A DNA stretch of 62,513 nt, the filler included, from Sphacelaria rigidula (taxonomy: Eukaryota), in NCBI GenBank assembly GCA_964200075.2. It is 9 parts of 9 records of this genome, joined end to end, with 100 filler letters (N's around TTAATTAATTAA, not from the genome) between each part and the next. Parts side by side here need not be neighbours in the genome. Positions count along the whole stretch, not along the records: positions 34,788 to 41,644 come from CAXNAA020017738.1; positions 41,745 to 48,601 come from CAXNAA020017739.1; positions 48,702 to 55,557 come from CAXNAA020017740.1; 6 more parts are not named here. One strand, written 5' to 3'. The notes beneath the pieces are model-generated. The model had not been told where the DNA came from, ran no database searches, and was given only the letters and a program-made list of their open reading frames with translations. The translations under genes and the position numbers were made by a program. This document shows positions 36,221-49,746 of this stretch, in pieces. Position 1 is the stretch's first letter. The number at the start of each line of letters is the position of its first letter.

Positions 36221-37969
36221 CAGTAGTCAGCGTCAGAAGTATGCAGAATTCGTAATTTCTTAGTTTCGCGAAGGCTTTCCAAATTTGTTTCGCTTGCCAC
36301 CGCTCATCACAGTGACTGTTGGACGCCAAAAAATGGGCATCTGGAGATATTTTTATCCTCTTGACGAATTTTGAAAGGAATACTATCTGCGATCAATATT
36401 GAGTGACTTACGGGCTTGACCGACATTCGGGGGTCCTGCGACAATGCAACCCCAGGTTCTAGCTTTTCGGTATTTTCGGTGGACCGCCTCGATCCCGATC
36501 ATACACGCAAAGACTAAAAAATAATGTTCTTTTTCAATTTTCTCCTACTCACTGCGCTTAATTAAGCCGGAAACCTATGTTTCTTGGACCATTCAAGGTC
36601 AATAACACCTTCCTGATAAACAGGGTATCTAGTCCGTATCGCCCCTATAACACCAACTTGGACATTGTGGTTTAAGCACGGTCTACTCATCTTGCCGAAA
36701 CTATCGACGCTAGCACTTTCGAGTGCCATGGAAAATGTCATGCGAAAAAACTCCGAAAAGAGACCATCTGCAGAAAATGCTAGACTGAGGTCTGTGCAGT
36801 ATAGGGGGGAAACACGATCTTGATCGTTATTGTGAAGAATTGTATACGTATTTATTCATCTGAATGTATACCGTTCCGTTGCGGAAGAGCCGGAAAACTG
36901 TGTAAATCGGATCATTCACGGTCAGTAAAACCCTCCTGATGAACGGGGTATCTAGTCCGTATCGCCCCCACAACACCAACTCGGGCACTGCAGTTTGAGC
37001 GCGGCCAACACTTTCCCCCTCAATCTACCGGCGCTATAGTAGGCAGCACCAGAAGTTTTCAGAATTCGTAGTTTTTGTAGTTTTTGTAGTTTCTGAGTTT
37101 TTCTCGAGTATTGTTCTCCATTACTACTTGAAAGTGCTAGCGCCGGTAGATTAAGCGGGAAAGCGTTGGCCGCGCTCAAACTGCAGTGCCCGAGTTGGTG
37201 TTGTGGGGACGATACGGACTAGATACCCCGTTTATCAGGAGGGTTTTACTGACCGTGAATGATCCGATTTACACAGTTTTCCGGCTCTTCCACAACGGAA
37301 CGGTAAACATTCAGATGGATAAATACGTATACAATTCTTCACAATAACGATCGAGATCGTGTTTTCCTCGTATACTGCACAGACCTCAGTCTAGCATTTT
37401 CTGCGGATGGCCTCTTTTCGGGGTTTTTTCGCATGACATTTTCCATGGCACTCGAAAGTGCTAGCGTCGATAGTTTCGGCAAGATGAGTAGACCGTGCTC
37501 AAATCATAATGCCCGAGTTGGTGTTGTGGTGCTTTAGCGCAGTGAACAGGTGAAATTAAAAAATAACATTTTTTTGAGTCTTTACGTATATGATCGGGAT
37601 CGAGGCGGTCCACCAAAAATACCGAAAAGCTAGAACCTGGGGTTGCATTGTCGCAGGACCCCCGAATGTCGGTCAAGCCCGTAAGTCACTAAATATTGAT
37701 CGCAGATATTTTTCCTTTCAATATTTGTCAAGAGGATAAAAATATCTCCAGGTGCCCATTTTTTGGCATCCAACAGTCACTGTGATGATCGGTGGCAAGC
37801 GAAACAAATATATATGGAAAGTCTTCGAGAGACTAAGAAATTGCGAATTCTGCATACTTCTGACGCTGACTACTGTAGCACTTTCAAGTAGTAATGAAGA
37901 ATAATACTCGAGAAAAACTCAAAAACTGCAACAACTACGAATGCTAAAAACTTCTGATGCTGACTACGA
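36221..37969 (-). mobile_element. Tc1/mariner(pogo)-type MITE, outer copy interrupted by the insertion at 37037-37875
   Basis: TA-CAGTAGTCAGCGTCAGAAGT left end and ACTTCTGATGCTGACTACG right end. The halves rejoin as CCGGCGC-TA-GCACTTTC. Confidence 0.85.
37037..37875 (+). mobile_element. Same-family MITE, inner copy in opposite orientation
   Basis: Ends TAGTAGGCAGCACCAGAAGT / ACTTCTGACGCTGACTACTG, with TA at 37035-37036 and 37876-37877. Confidence 0.85.
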
Positions 37970-40900
37970 TGGATGATCAAGTGCCAACGGTGGAATCATC
38001 GACCTATTCAACCTTCTACAGCTTGCCAAGATCCTACGTGCAAACCTGACTGTACGTACGGGCTTCGCGTTTTTGCCGTCACTATTATTTTCCTTATCAT
38101 TGTGGTAATCTACAACACGCAGGCCGTTACATCTTTGATTCTGTGATCCGATAGGTTCCGAGGAGTAGTGGTAGAGCCACATGTTTCATGATAAAGTCGT
38201 TTTTAGCCGAGCAAGCCTCCACCTTAATCGAACCACGACAAGTGGGTACGGTTGTGATAGCCCCCGTGAATACACTCAAAAGCCTTTACAGCAAGCATGA
38301 TGGAAAGATCCATACATACAACGACTACCAGAGTGACCTGTGTGTCTTGGAATTGGTGAGGTCACGAGAGAGAAATGACTTTTCCAAATGACTTGGAGAA
38401 TTTCAGTTATCCCGAGTAAAATAAAAGAAGTGATGAATTGTAGGACTCGAGTCCTCCGAGTCATGAACAGACTGATGACATGCAGGACCTAAGTCCTCCG
38501 AGTAATTTCAACATTGATGACTCCTACGGCTTTAGTAAGGCCCATCCCCACTTCTTTCTGATTGACTCGTCGGACTTCAATCAGATTCGTTTTCCCTCAA
38601 TGACTTCTAGGACTTGAGTCATATTTGAAACTCAAACCTTCCGATGCCGGGATAATATTTTACACGACGTTACCTCCAGTTCCTTCTCTAGCTCTTTTGC
38701 ATTTCGTCCACATTCCTTTCTATTTCTCTCCTTGGTTTTGCGCTTTTTCGTCAGTTTACTCCGTTTCCTCAATCTTTTTTATTTTCCCCCTCTTCTTTTT
38801 CTTCAGCGAAGGTTTCCGTTTTTGTTAAACTTGCGTACGTCTATCTCGTGGACAATGATCACAGCTTGATCATGACTCCCGGGGAATCAATCAATGTGCG
38901 ACAACCAATCAATACAAAAGATTGACTCCAGCTGACGGAATCAGTAATGCCACGGTATATATGTTTCAGACACTAGGATCGCATCGCTTGGTCCGGCGGA
39001 TCTCCGAAGTTCGTTTTTTTTAAACTCAGGCGCATACAGCAACATGCATTTTCGTGAGATTAGGAACAGATTTGTTTTGTATGGAACAGGGCGTTTTTCG
39101 TGATTTCCACGAAGGCTGTCGAATCGTGTCGAATCGTCCGAAATAGCCGCGACCCCCTGAAAGCCCGTGATCTGACGGGGATTTTGGGGCAAAAAAATTG
39201 AAATCGACGTCGTCAGTGCAGAGTTATGAGGAAAAATGTCTTGATAAAAACTGCACATTGTCGGCCGTATCTCACGGAAGTCGTCATTGCTTTCGAGAAC
39301 AATTTGCTCCAAAATTCCCGTCAGATCAGGGGGCGACGGCTATTTCGGACGATTCAACCATCTGGGTGTAAATCATTAAACAAACTCCCGTTCCGAAAAC
39401 GAAACCCGTTCCGAGTCTCACGAACATGTTGTTATACACGTACCAAACCAAATAGTCGCCTGCGCGGGTATACCCTGAACACAAGAAATATTGCAACAAA
39501 AAGGGAACATTGTAACGCCTCCTCTGTACAGAGCATGCCTATACACCCACCACGCGGAGTGACTGTTGTCCGTACACGTATACAGTCGCCGCCCGCACGC
39601 ACACATACACACACTCTTTGCGCGTACAAACACACACGGGGTTAGGATGGCAGTGGCTACGCAAGTTTTCAGTGCTATCCTGACATGGTTACAGGCCTCG
39701 GGGACCTCTGCATTGTTCCACGTCTGATCAGACATGTGTGTGTGGGTTTCGATGATGAACCCAGTAGTAGCTTGTGCCGCCTCCGCGTTAACCACGTTTG
39801 CTGCATGTTTAGGCTAGTTGTTGCCCCGAGTCCCAGTTCATCAGAGTCGCCGTGAAGGCCGCCAAAGACACAAGGCCATCACACGTAGTAGGCGAAACTA
39901 ATGGCAGAGAGCCGCCTGGTGGTGACATACATGTGGATGTCCAGAGTGGGATAAGCTCATGTCGCTGTTAGCTTGATTCAGTTGCAAAAGACAAGACCTC
40001 TACTCCTATTTCTGCCATGTACCTGGAACAAGACGGAACAAGACAGGGATTATGAATGATGGTAGCTAGAAGTGCGGGTTCCCACGACACCTCGCCGAAC
40101 AGAGGGGTCAACGAGTGAGTCTTGTGCGTCCTCATTTTTCCCGGGACTCTCATAGGACTCGAGCCCTACTCGTTTTCATATTGTCTGGATCACTCGTCGC
40201 ACTTGACTGAGTCAGACTCGTCTTCTTTTCCGAAAAACTCGCCAGTCCCAAGTTTGGCTTGTCCACGCTTTTTTTTTTAGGACCTGTAGGACGAAAGGTC
40301 AGACGGAGTTTGTTTTTCCCAAGAACTCATAGGACTTGATTCAGACTCTCTCTCATGTTCCCGGCTGATTCGTACGACTCGAGTGAGCCTTGTCCTGATT
40401 CATCTGAATGACTCTGGGACGTGAGTCATCATAAAACATGACTCGTGGGGTGTGTGAAAGAGACACGCAAAGGTTTCCCGGGACCTGCGAGAAGAGCACA
40501 GTCCGTTCGATATACCTGTTTCATGCTGATGCGTGTGAAGTCCGCGTTCAAACATCGGGACTATTGCTCACGTCCCACTTTCTTCTCTTAACTCTGGGTA
40601 TTCAGACCTTTATCGAAGTCGCAACATGCTCCTTCCCTGAATGACTCGATAATATCCCAGTTCTGAAGTCGAAAATGCAGCATGATCGCTTCTTTAGTTG
40701 CTAGCATTCCCAATGTGAAATAAGTGTACTGTAAAAAATATTTTTCAACCAACAAAATCTGGGGGAAAAAAGTCGGTGAAAAAATGCAGGAGGTACACGG
40801 TTGCCAGCACCAACGTTCTTACATGAAGACAAAAAAATCATTCGCACTCTTTTTTTCTCTCCACCGATGGTGTTTCACGATGTGAGGTTTCACACACGCG

Positions 40901-41849
40901 TATACGTTCATAATGTCAAGGTCGTGACTCCGCCGAAATTTTGATTTTCCCACTGTCAACTTGCACCCTGTCCACACTATTCTTCAGATCGCCATTCTAA
41001 AACACGGCTAGGAAGGAGTCAAGTCAGTTTGACAGTCTAAAAGCATGAATCCGGACGTCCCTTTTTCTTACTTCCGTTCGATGCCTCACGCTTAGGACTC
41101 GGACTTGCAGACAAGCGCATCGAGGAACAAAACCAAGGTCTTCCTTGTGGCTCATTTTTTATCCTGACTTTCACCTCGAGAACTGTGACATAAACAATAA
41201 TTGAACTGATGCGAAATGAAAAACGCATCAATTTTTTCGTTTGGGAACGGAATTTGTTTTTCTTCCACTAACTTCGTACTTTTCTCCCGGAACAACAATT
41301 TTTGCACCACCGAGATAAGAGGTCCTCCGGCGCCCTTCCGGTCCTTCTTGTTGCGAGCGACCTGAGCCATGCTACGATAGGTGGAGGGGGGGGGTGGGGG
41401 GGTTCGATTCGACGGGAAAATATGCTCGTAGATGCGTCAAACGACCTGAACCACTCGCGGTGCGCTTGTATTTGGGCAAAAGCAGCGTAACGCCGTGTAA
41501 ACGAGCGTTATTTATCGGGAGCAAGCGCGTTCGAATAACTGTTGCCTGCTTTAAACGGCGTTTGACGTGGAATTTCGTGGAAGAAAGCAGCCCAAAATAC
41601 CCCCCCCCCCCCCCCGAGGACCCACACCCAACATCCCCACTTGCNNNNNNNNNNNNNNNNNNNNNNNNNNNNNNNNNNNNNNNNNNNNTTAATTAATTAA
41701 NNNNNNNNNNNNNNNNNNNNNNNNNNNNNNNNNNNNNNNNNNNNGCCTTAATCGTTTGACCATTGACCACGCATCCCTTTCAAGGCAGAGCACCGTTCCT
41801 ACTCCTAATAGAGACACCTCTAATATTTAGGTGTTCAAAAAGTACGGGA

Positions 41850-44100
41850 CGGGGAGCGAAGATCGTGGTTCGATAGAATTGGCAAGAGAGTTCATAAGAG
41901 AGGGGATAAAGCAGTGTTTGGCTAAACTCAAAAGCAATCGAAAGGCAGCAGGGGCAGCCGAAAGAGTAAATGAATTAATGAAGTACGGGGCGAGGGGGGG
42001 AAATGCGGGAGGGGGGGCGGGGGGGGGGTACTCATTTACTGCTCGTTTTAGTCATTTGACCATCGACCTCGCATGTCTTTCGAGACGTAGCCCCGCTCCT
42101 ACTCCTGATAGAGACACCTCCCACATTTTGGCGCCAAGTACAGAGGTGAGGGTATGATTACCATGACGGTAATGCGGTATAAACTGGATCTGGGAAAACG
42201 AGAACACCCTCCAAGAGGCCGAAAAAAGAGTAGTAGTAACCTTTCAAGAAAGGAGACAAGGCTGACCCAGGGAATCAAAGCGGAATAGCTTTACTGAGCA
42301 GCGCGGGGAAAACGATCGGTAAGATTTTGAACGATAGAGTGGGAGGACTGCCGGAGGAGGAAGAGAAATCAGCGAGGGGCAAGCAGCGCTCAGACCAAAT
42401 CGTAGCTGCTTACATCATGTGTATGCATTACGTAAGACTACTCAAGGTGGGAAAGACGCGGGACTAACAAAGTACTGTTTTCTTCTCTAGACCCATGGAA
42501 GGACTATGGGAGTACGTGGAATGGGCTACGGGAAAATATGTCGGAAACTGGGATCAGAATAAAAATGTAGAGAATGGTGAAAACGTTGACAAAATATGCA
42601 ACAAGTGCTATGATGCTAGATGGAAAATATCGACACATTCGGATATTTTACAATTACAATCATTGGTTGCACAAGGATGCACGTCATGACCCACTGCATT
42701 CAAGGTATTCATCGATGGCATGATAGCGATTGATGTTCGCGGATGGTTCCGCGGGTATATCACCAACCACCAGGAAGGTCACAGAGACGAATGGAGAAGG
42801 CGCTAGAATACAGTAGGAAATGGACAGCGACAGCAAACGAAAAAAGGAACGGCAGCTATATGTAACGAAGATAGGTAGACCCCCGTAGGAATCAAATGGA
42901 AGTGAGGACAAAGAGGAATTGCCGATCATAGACCAGTAAACATACACTGACGTAGAGATATCAATCCAACGTTCTTGGGATGCACACATAGATAAAGTAA
43001 TAGGAAAGGGTGAGGCACAATTAGGCAAAATGAAGGCGATCCTAAGAGACTCGCACCTCGACATCAGGATTAAGAGATATATTCCGATGAACGTGATTGT
43101 ACCAAAGCTAGAATACGCAGGAGAGGTATGGGATAGGGAACGTGAAGTTGGTGAAGCAGTTGGGAACAGTACAGATGAAATCAGCTCAGAAGAGAGTTGT
43201 ATACTCAAAAAAGACGAGTAATACAGTGTTGATAGTAGTAGAACTGGGAATTTACCCGCTTAAAACAAATGGAGACATGGGCAAGCGGAAAAGGCAATGT
43301 AAAGTAAGGAACATGCCAAGAAACAGATTGCCAGCCGAAATCGATAGGGTTGTATGGAAGAAAGTAACGAAACGGCAAGCTGGAATAAGGTGGGATAGCA
43401 TAGTCAAAAAGGTATGGAAGGGTATAGGAGGAAACTGAGACGAGATAATGTCCAAAGAGGGATGTAGGAGATACGAGACGAAAGTAATGCACGACAGAAA
43501 GTAAGGGGAGAACTAGTGCTAAGACGGAAAGTGGACGAGAAGAGCATCTGAATATATACGGGGAGTTGAGAAAGGGGATAGGTATAAAACATATCTGCAC
43601 AGCACAATGGACGCCGCAAGTTGAAAGTGCGATTCCGAGTGAGCGACCTGGACCTGCCAGAAAGAATGAACAGGTATACCGGTTGTCGGGTCGAGGAAGA
43701 AGTAGATGCACAGAATTGCCCTTGTAGTAAAGCGATCGAGAGTGAAACCCATACAGTGGAGAGTGTGGACTATGGAAGGCGGAACGGGATATGTTGGGGT
43801 GAAATGTGGGAAGTAAACGAAGGTGGTATGAAATTGTGAGGTCAGACAGTAGCGAGAAAACGATCGCTACACTACGAGATAGATGGTGGCCACGGACGGC
43901 GAAACAGGAAGGAGAGAAGGTGTGTGAAAGGTGTAATGTATGAAAGAAACATGACGAGCGTCCGAATGTTGAAGGTGTCTCTATCAATAGTAGGAACGGT
44001 GCCCCGTCTCGAAAGGGATGCGTGGTGAATGGCCGAATGACTAAGGCAAGCAACAAGTGGGTACGCGCTGCGCCCCCTCCCCACACCCCCACACCCCCAC
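41850..44100 (+). mobile_element. LINE family 2, heavily degenerate copy (RT, C-terminal CCHC-like motif, 3' end with C-rich tail)
   Basis: Remnants VAQGCT, LMFAD, PKLEYAGEVW, ELGIYPL, GIRWD and NCPCSKAIESETHTVES across frames; homologous to 34170-34687. Confidence 0.85.
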
Positions 44101-46169
44101 ACCCCTCTACGCCTCCCCGTCGTGCACTTTACCTTCAATCCCGCAGCCTTGGCCATCAGATCCTCAAGCGAACCAAGCATACGACTGAAATCATCTCGAC
44201 CTACCATGAGGGCACGGGAGTAAACGCCGAGTACCGTGCACTTACCGTGTAAAACAACGGTAACATATTTCTGATTAACGTTGAATACTTGAATAAGGGG
44301 TGGCACGTCCCTACTGGAACCATGGATTGGGCGGAAACCACTCGTCACGCAAGAGAGAGAAACACTTTTATGGGTGTGTGCACCCCTCGGGTCGTTTGTC
44401 GAGGTGGGTTCGAAACGCATCAATCGGTGGGCTTCACTTCTTTATTCCTCGACTCGAAATGACTGTTGTCAAGCTCAGAGAGGGGAGTAGATGCGCTGCA
44501 GACGTAGCTGCCCGCGGAAAAAAAAGGGCGATCGACAGAGTACGTATACTGCCGTGGAGTCCAGGGTCAAAGACCAAATGGAAATGCGGGACAAATCATG
44601 ATGGCAGGCGATAGGCATCGAGGGTTCATCACACTCCGCTCCGACCCTTCGGGTACTCGGGCCTTCAGTTCGGAGACCAACGAAATGAAAATGATTGTAA
44701 AGGTGAAATAAAAATGAGCTGAAAACTAACATGATGATATTAGCATAGCTTCCGTTTTTCCGCCATACTGCCACCCTCTTCCTCGGGACGAGTCTCCAGT
44801 GTCGAGGGATCAACCGTTTCATCTCTCTCCCTCCCCCGGTACACTCGCTCCGTCTCGATATGGATGCGTGGTCAATGATCAATGACTAAGGCAAGCAATT
44901 AATGGGTACACCCCGCCGGTACACACGGTACATTTTCATATCCTGGATTGGATCGGCACTCCCGCATCGCGTCGCCTCTCTTTTAAAAACAGTTCCTTCC
45001 ACCACTCCAGCCGTCACGTTTTTCAACGGCGGATATCAGATACATCTGCCGGGAGCTAGTTTAGTTTGTGCCTAGTTTATCACTTTCGCGCGGCGGGTAT
45101 TCGAAGCTAGGTCACCATACCTAATATATCAGGAACTTTTGGGCAAGTAGTAAATTTTAGCATTACGATACCGCGACGGACACCTAGTAGTCACAGTTCC
45201 TAGTGTAAATATCGAAAGACACGCCCTTGGTTTGTTTGTCTTTGAGTACACTGGGGTAGCTGAATGGCATACTATGATACGTTTCGGTTTCAGTTATTGT
45301 GAAGTTGTTCATCCGATTTTTCCTGGTATAACGCGGTTTGTATTTTTGTTCACCGTACGACATCAACCGATGTTCTCGCCTTTGGTGCAGGAATTTCCCG
45401 CTTGATGATGCTCTTTTTTCACAACTGAAATTACCTACCTGAGTGTGTGATTGTCAGAAGGCGAAAGTGGCATTTTTCGGAAGCCAGTTGCAACGCTGCA
45501 CGAGCCAGGTGTTGATGAATTGTCACACGCGTGTGTGTTGCATATTATTATTATGGTCATTATTATCCTCACGGTTATTATTTTATTATTATTATCATCA
45601 ATATCTTTTTATACTGTGGGTACATATATATTTATAGTTTCGTCAGTAGATTGATTCTCTTCATGTACTATATCTCATTCCCCACAGTCTCATGACTCAC
45701 GCCCCGGGGTCCCAAGGGCGGGAAGGGTAATTCGCGCATCGGTGCCCTTTTTGTATTCATTCGTCACGCGGTAGGGGCAGCACTTTCCGTTGTTCGTCAG
45801 CGCTGGGGGTGATGGCTGTATACCCCTTTGACCACTTTTCACACTTCCGCAGGCAACTAACCCTACCACGATCTGATCTATCTCCGAAGTCTGAAGAAAA
45901 AAGACTGATTCCCGATCCGCTAACTACATCGCCACTAAAGATCGCGGGGGTGCACTGCAGGATTCGCAGTATAACCTACGGATTGCAGGACGAAAATAAT
46001 GTTTGTCGCCACCGGCGGGACACCAATTACCGCTCTTGGAGAACCCTTAACGATTGTCCACTAGTCAAGCATACTTGTTGAGCTTCGCTCCGTGATTTCC
46101 AGTCTAGAGGTGTTTTGGTAATACGTGTCGAGGAGAGGCTCAACAAACTGACACACTAAGCACGCCGAC

Positions 46170-46410
46170 CCGATTGTTTTGATTTGATGGATTGTCGCAC
46201 TTTAACTGACCCCCCAGGGATCCAGCCGTGGTCGCATGATAGGCATACTCGAGGCACAACAAAACTCAAACACTCGCTGAAGAAAAAGAAAAAACAGAAA
46301 CAAAAGTAGAATAGAACGACATAGTAGACTGAAACGTACGAAATAAGAGAGAAAATAACAGAAACATACATGAAAGGAAAAGAAATATCAAGAAGAGAAT
46401 ATCTCCCATC
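46170..46410 (-). mobile_element. 3' end of RTE-type LINE or derived short element
   Basis: Minus strand reads GGCTGGATCCCTGGGGGGTCAGTTAAAGTGCGACAATCCATC, matching 22357-22400. Related ends at ~38830-38915 and ~48200-48270. Confidence 0.7.
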
Positions 46411-46779
46411 GAGCAATATACACCATGAGGTGCTTACTTGCCGATCGGTCTCGCACATACGAGTGTAGTAGGCGAGCACGATGCAATCAGCCACCGCGGG
46501 CGCAGACAAAGGGTTTAGGGATCGGGCAAACGACTCCGTCTTTAAAACCCATCGATTTCACACGTTTTCTTATTGCTCTTCTGTTTCTTGGAAACTCCCT
46601 TGTTTTTTTACATATATGGTGTTATCTAGTTCACTTTGTTTTGTTTTGTTTTCCCGGAGCTTCAGAAAAAATGATAAGAACACCATCTCTTTTAAGGAAT
46701 AGCAAGGACGGTATTGGAAAGACGAGCCTACGCATGTGGCCACGGGTTCGAGAGATCGAGCTGATGTGCGGAATAATAG

Positions 46780-47225
46780 CAATAATAATAAAATCATCAT
46801 CATCATAATCATCATAACATAATCATAATCATCAAAACATAATCAGAATCAGAATCAGAATCAGAATCATAATGAAATACAAATGATAATTATAATAATC
46901 ACAATAATCATAATCATGATTATAATCATAATCATGATCATAATCATAATCATAATAATAATCACAATAATAATCATAACAATAATCATAACAATGATCA
47001 TAATCATAATCATAATCAGAATCAGAATCAGAATCATAATCAGAATCAGAATCATAATCATAATCATAATCATAATAATCGTAATAATCATCATCATCAT
47101 AAGAATCATGACAATGATCATCATCATAACAATAATAGTCATAATAATCATAATAGTCATAATAATCATAATCATAATCATAATCATAATCATAATCATA
47201 ATCATAATCATAATCAAAATCATAG
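46780..47225. repeat. Compound (ATAATC)/(AGAATC)/(ATC) microsatellite, intronic
   Basis: ~440 bp of ATC-based 3- and 6-mers; source of the poly-Ile and DY-repeat ORFs. Confidence 0.95.
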
Positions 47226-47245
47226 GACGAAGAAGAATAGTTCAC

Positions 47246-47346
47246 CTAGCGAGAGGCACACGATGCCCTCCTCGGATTGCGCCACACACGTGGCCTTCCT
47301 CGTTTCGTCCGAAAGTAGCGCTCGCTCTCCGAAATAGCTCCCCTCC
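47246..47346 (-). CDS. Exon of a cyclic-nucleotide-binding domain protein (PKG or PKA-R like)
   Basis: TCTTCCTCAG| acceptor and TAG|GTGAA donor. Encodes EGSYFGERALLSDETRKATCVAQSEEGIVCLSL, the cNMP phosphate-binding cassette FGExALL...RxA. Confidence 0.85.
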
Positions 47347-48701
47347 CTGAGGAAGACATACAGGTAGACCGACAGGAAGATACATAAGTATATAGATAGA
47401 TAGATGGGCCTGAAGAGGCGGACGGAGACAAACAACACCAAAAGCATAGAGTGACACAACTTTCAGCGACATAGTCGCTACATTTTATAGGAAAATCAAG
47501 GTTGGCTGGGTTCCTGATTACTCCGAGCGACGTAATCCTTCATCTATGTAGAGCGTCTCTTTTGTCACCACCCCAGATATGTCGATTTTCGACATAACCG
47601 GTATTCACGCGTGGCTATTTTTACACAAAATGGAACACGTAACCGGTTGCAGCCGTGAGGCCCACAATTCGAGACCGATCATCCTCCTGAAGCTGGTGCT
47701 CACTTCAATGAGATCGACAGTGTTTCCTGGTCCGACCTCAACCCCACGCACTAGATATTTTTCATGACATCGATACATTCATTTTACGAAATCAGCGCAT
47801 AGCGTCAGGGTGTTCGGCTGACACATCCCGCAAATTCATTATACGATATCAGCGCGTAGACTAACCGTGTTCGGGTGATACGAGACGCATCCTGCACAAA
47901 TCGTGCGGGTCGCAGATGGCTGAGTCTCCACATGGCTCCGCGGTTTCATTCATTTTTGTCTTGCCTTGCTGCGATTTTCTTCGTTTTGCGCGTGCTTTTG
48001 TACGCTCCTCTAGACAGCAGTACATCTTCTGTATTGATGTGCGAGCCGGTCAGCAGTCTAGGCTGTTCGACGTTCTCAACAGATGGGGACCCACCCGTGT
48101 CTGTCGGGCTTCAAAATGCCGTAACGGTCTTCATCCTGTCTTCCCTCTCTTCGCGCTTTCTCTTCTCTTTCAGCAAGCGTTCCCATTTTGTTTATCTTGG
48201 GCACGTATTTTCTTATACATAGGCTCGGTCCGTCGAGGATCCCTCAATGTGCGACAATCAATCATTAGTCAACGGTCCCGCAGGAGCGGCTTGTAGACGT
48301 TCAAAGATCATCAGATCAACAATCACTACCAGGTGAGTCATATTGTCTGATATACTGGGCGAATAACACTTACGCAATACTTACTTAGCCATTGTGTTTT
48401 CTATACTTTAGTCTCGGACGGAGTAATTCCGCGTTCCCCCCCCCCCCGCTCCATCTCGAAAGGGATGCGTGGTCAATGGTCGAACAACTGAGGCAAGCAA
48501 CAAATGAGTATGCCCCCCCCCGCTTGGTCCGGTGAGAACCCGGCATGCTCTGTCCCGGCTTTGTAGGGGCGGACTCCCGATGGGGTTGGCGTCGGTTGGC
48601 GNNNNNNNNNNNNNNNNNNNNNNNNNNNNNNNNNNNNNNNNNNNNTTAATTAATTAANNNNNNNNNNNNNNNNNNNNNNNNNNNNNNNNNNNNNNNNNNN
48701 N

Positions 48702-49470
48702 CGTGCAAGACAGATATGCCACTTCAGCCCCATATTTTGTATGAACCCCAAAGTATAAAATCGGCTGTTATTTGATACTTTCTTTTGAATGTTCTCTAAG
48801 CAGGTAGCCGATAGGTTTCTGCACCAACACACAGATATTCATTTCATTTCGCACCGATTGATTGTATTCGGCTACTTCACCTTCGACAACGTAGTCCGTA
48901 CACCGAGGTGCAAGATAAACTCACTTGGATTTGAAACCCTCAGAGGGCTGCCAAGGACGGTGGCAATGATGGGAAACGTGAATGACTGCGTGTACACTTC
49001 TGGCTCAGATATATATCATAGCTGCCGCACGAGTATCAGCCATGCGCTGTCCGTATAGTCGAGAGCCAAGCCGTCTTTTTCACCGGGAAAAACAATCCGT
49101 CCGAACTGCTTCAGGCCTTCCCTGAACTCGTCGCTGTAGATGTACCAGGCATCGGAAAAGTCGTCATAATTACCAAGGAACAACTCCATATCCTTCATCT
49201 CTGTTATTACCATTGCCAGTCTCAACTCCTTCGCCATCCGCTATATAGGCTTTCTGCAATCGCCCCTCCCTCTTTTTGCACTGATGAGGATCGCTACGGC
49301 ATTCAAAAAGCCGTCTCCATTGCCGGCGAGCTGGAAAGGGATGCCGATTCCGCCGCCATCTTAAGGGCTTGCCCCTCTCAAAAGGGCCTCGGTTACTTTG
49401 TCCACCTCCACTCCCTTCCCCAGAAGGTCCTGCTTAATCTGCACGACAGGCATGTAAGGCTTCACATGGC
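48702..49470 (-). pseudogene. Degenerate OTU/vertnin-like cysteine protease ORF, probably transposon cargo
   Basis: One frame reads PFQLAGNGDGFLNAVAILISA...*RMAKELRLAMV...SAWLILVRQL*YISEPEVYTQSFTFP, resembling the OTU Cys-loop GDGNCLFxAxS, the ELR helix and W...L...IxSxYP; several stops. Confidence 0.45.
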
Positions 49471-49577
49471 ATAAGGGCTAGACGGGAAAACAGGTGTCCC
49501 CCGAAAAACGTAGGTTCGTCGCTTGCCTTAGTCGTTTGACCGTTGACCACGCATCCCTTTCGAGTCGGAGCACCGCT

Positions 49578-49710
49578 TGAGAAGCCGTACTGATGCGGGG
49601 GTGATAGTCCACAAAACTCAGGTGTGCGTGAACAACAGTCAATAGTCTGGTTCAACGCACAGAACAATATTATATAATAACTCTTCGTATCATTTCCGGT
49701 CAAACCCTAC

Positions 49711-49746
<36 letters not shown>

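Noticed and set aside
46832-47350. Poly-Ile, IM-repeat and DY-repeat ORFs
   Set aside because: Translations of an ATC-based microsatellite.
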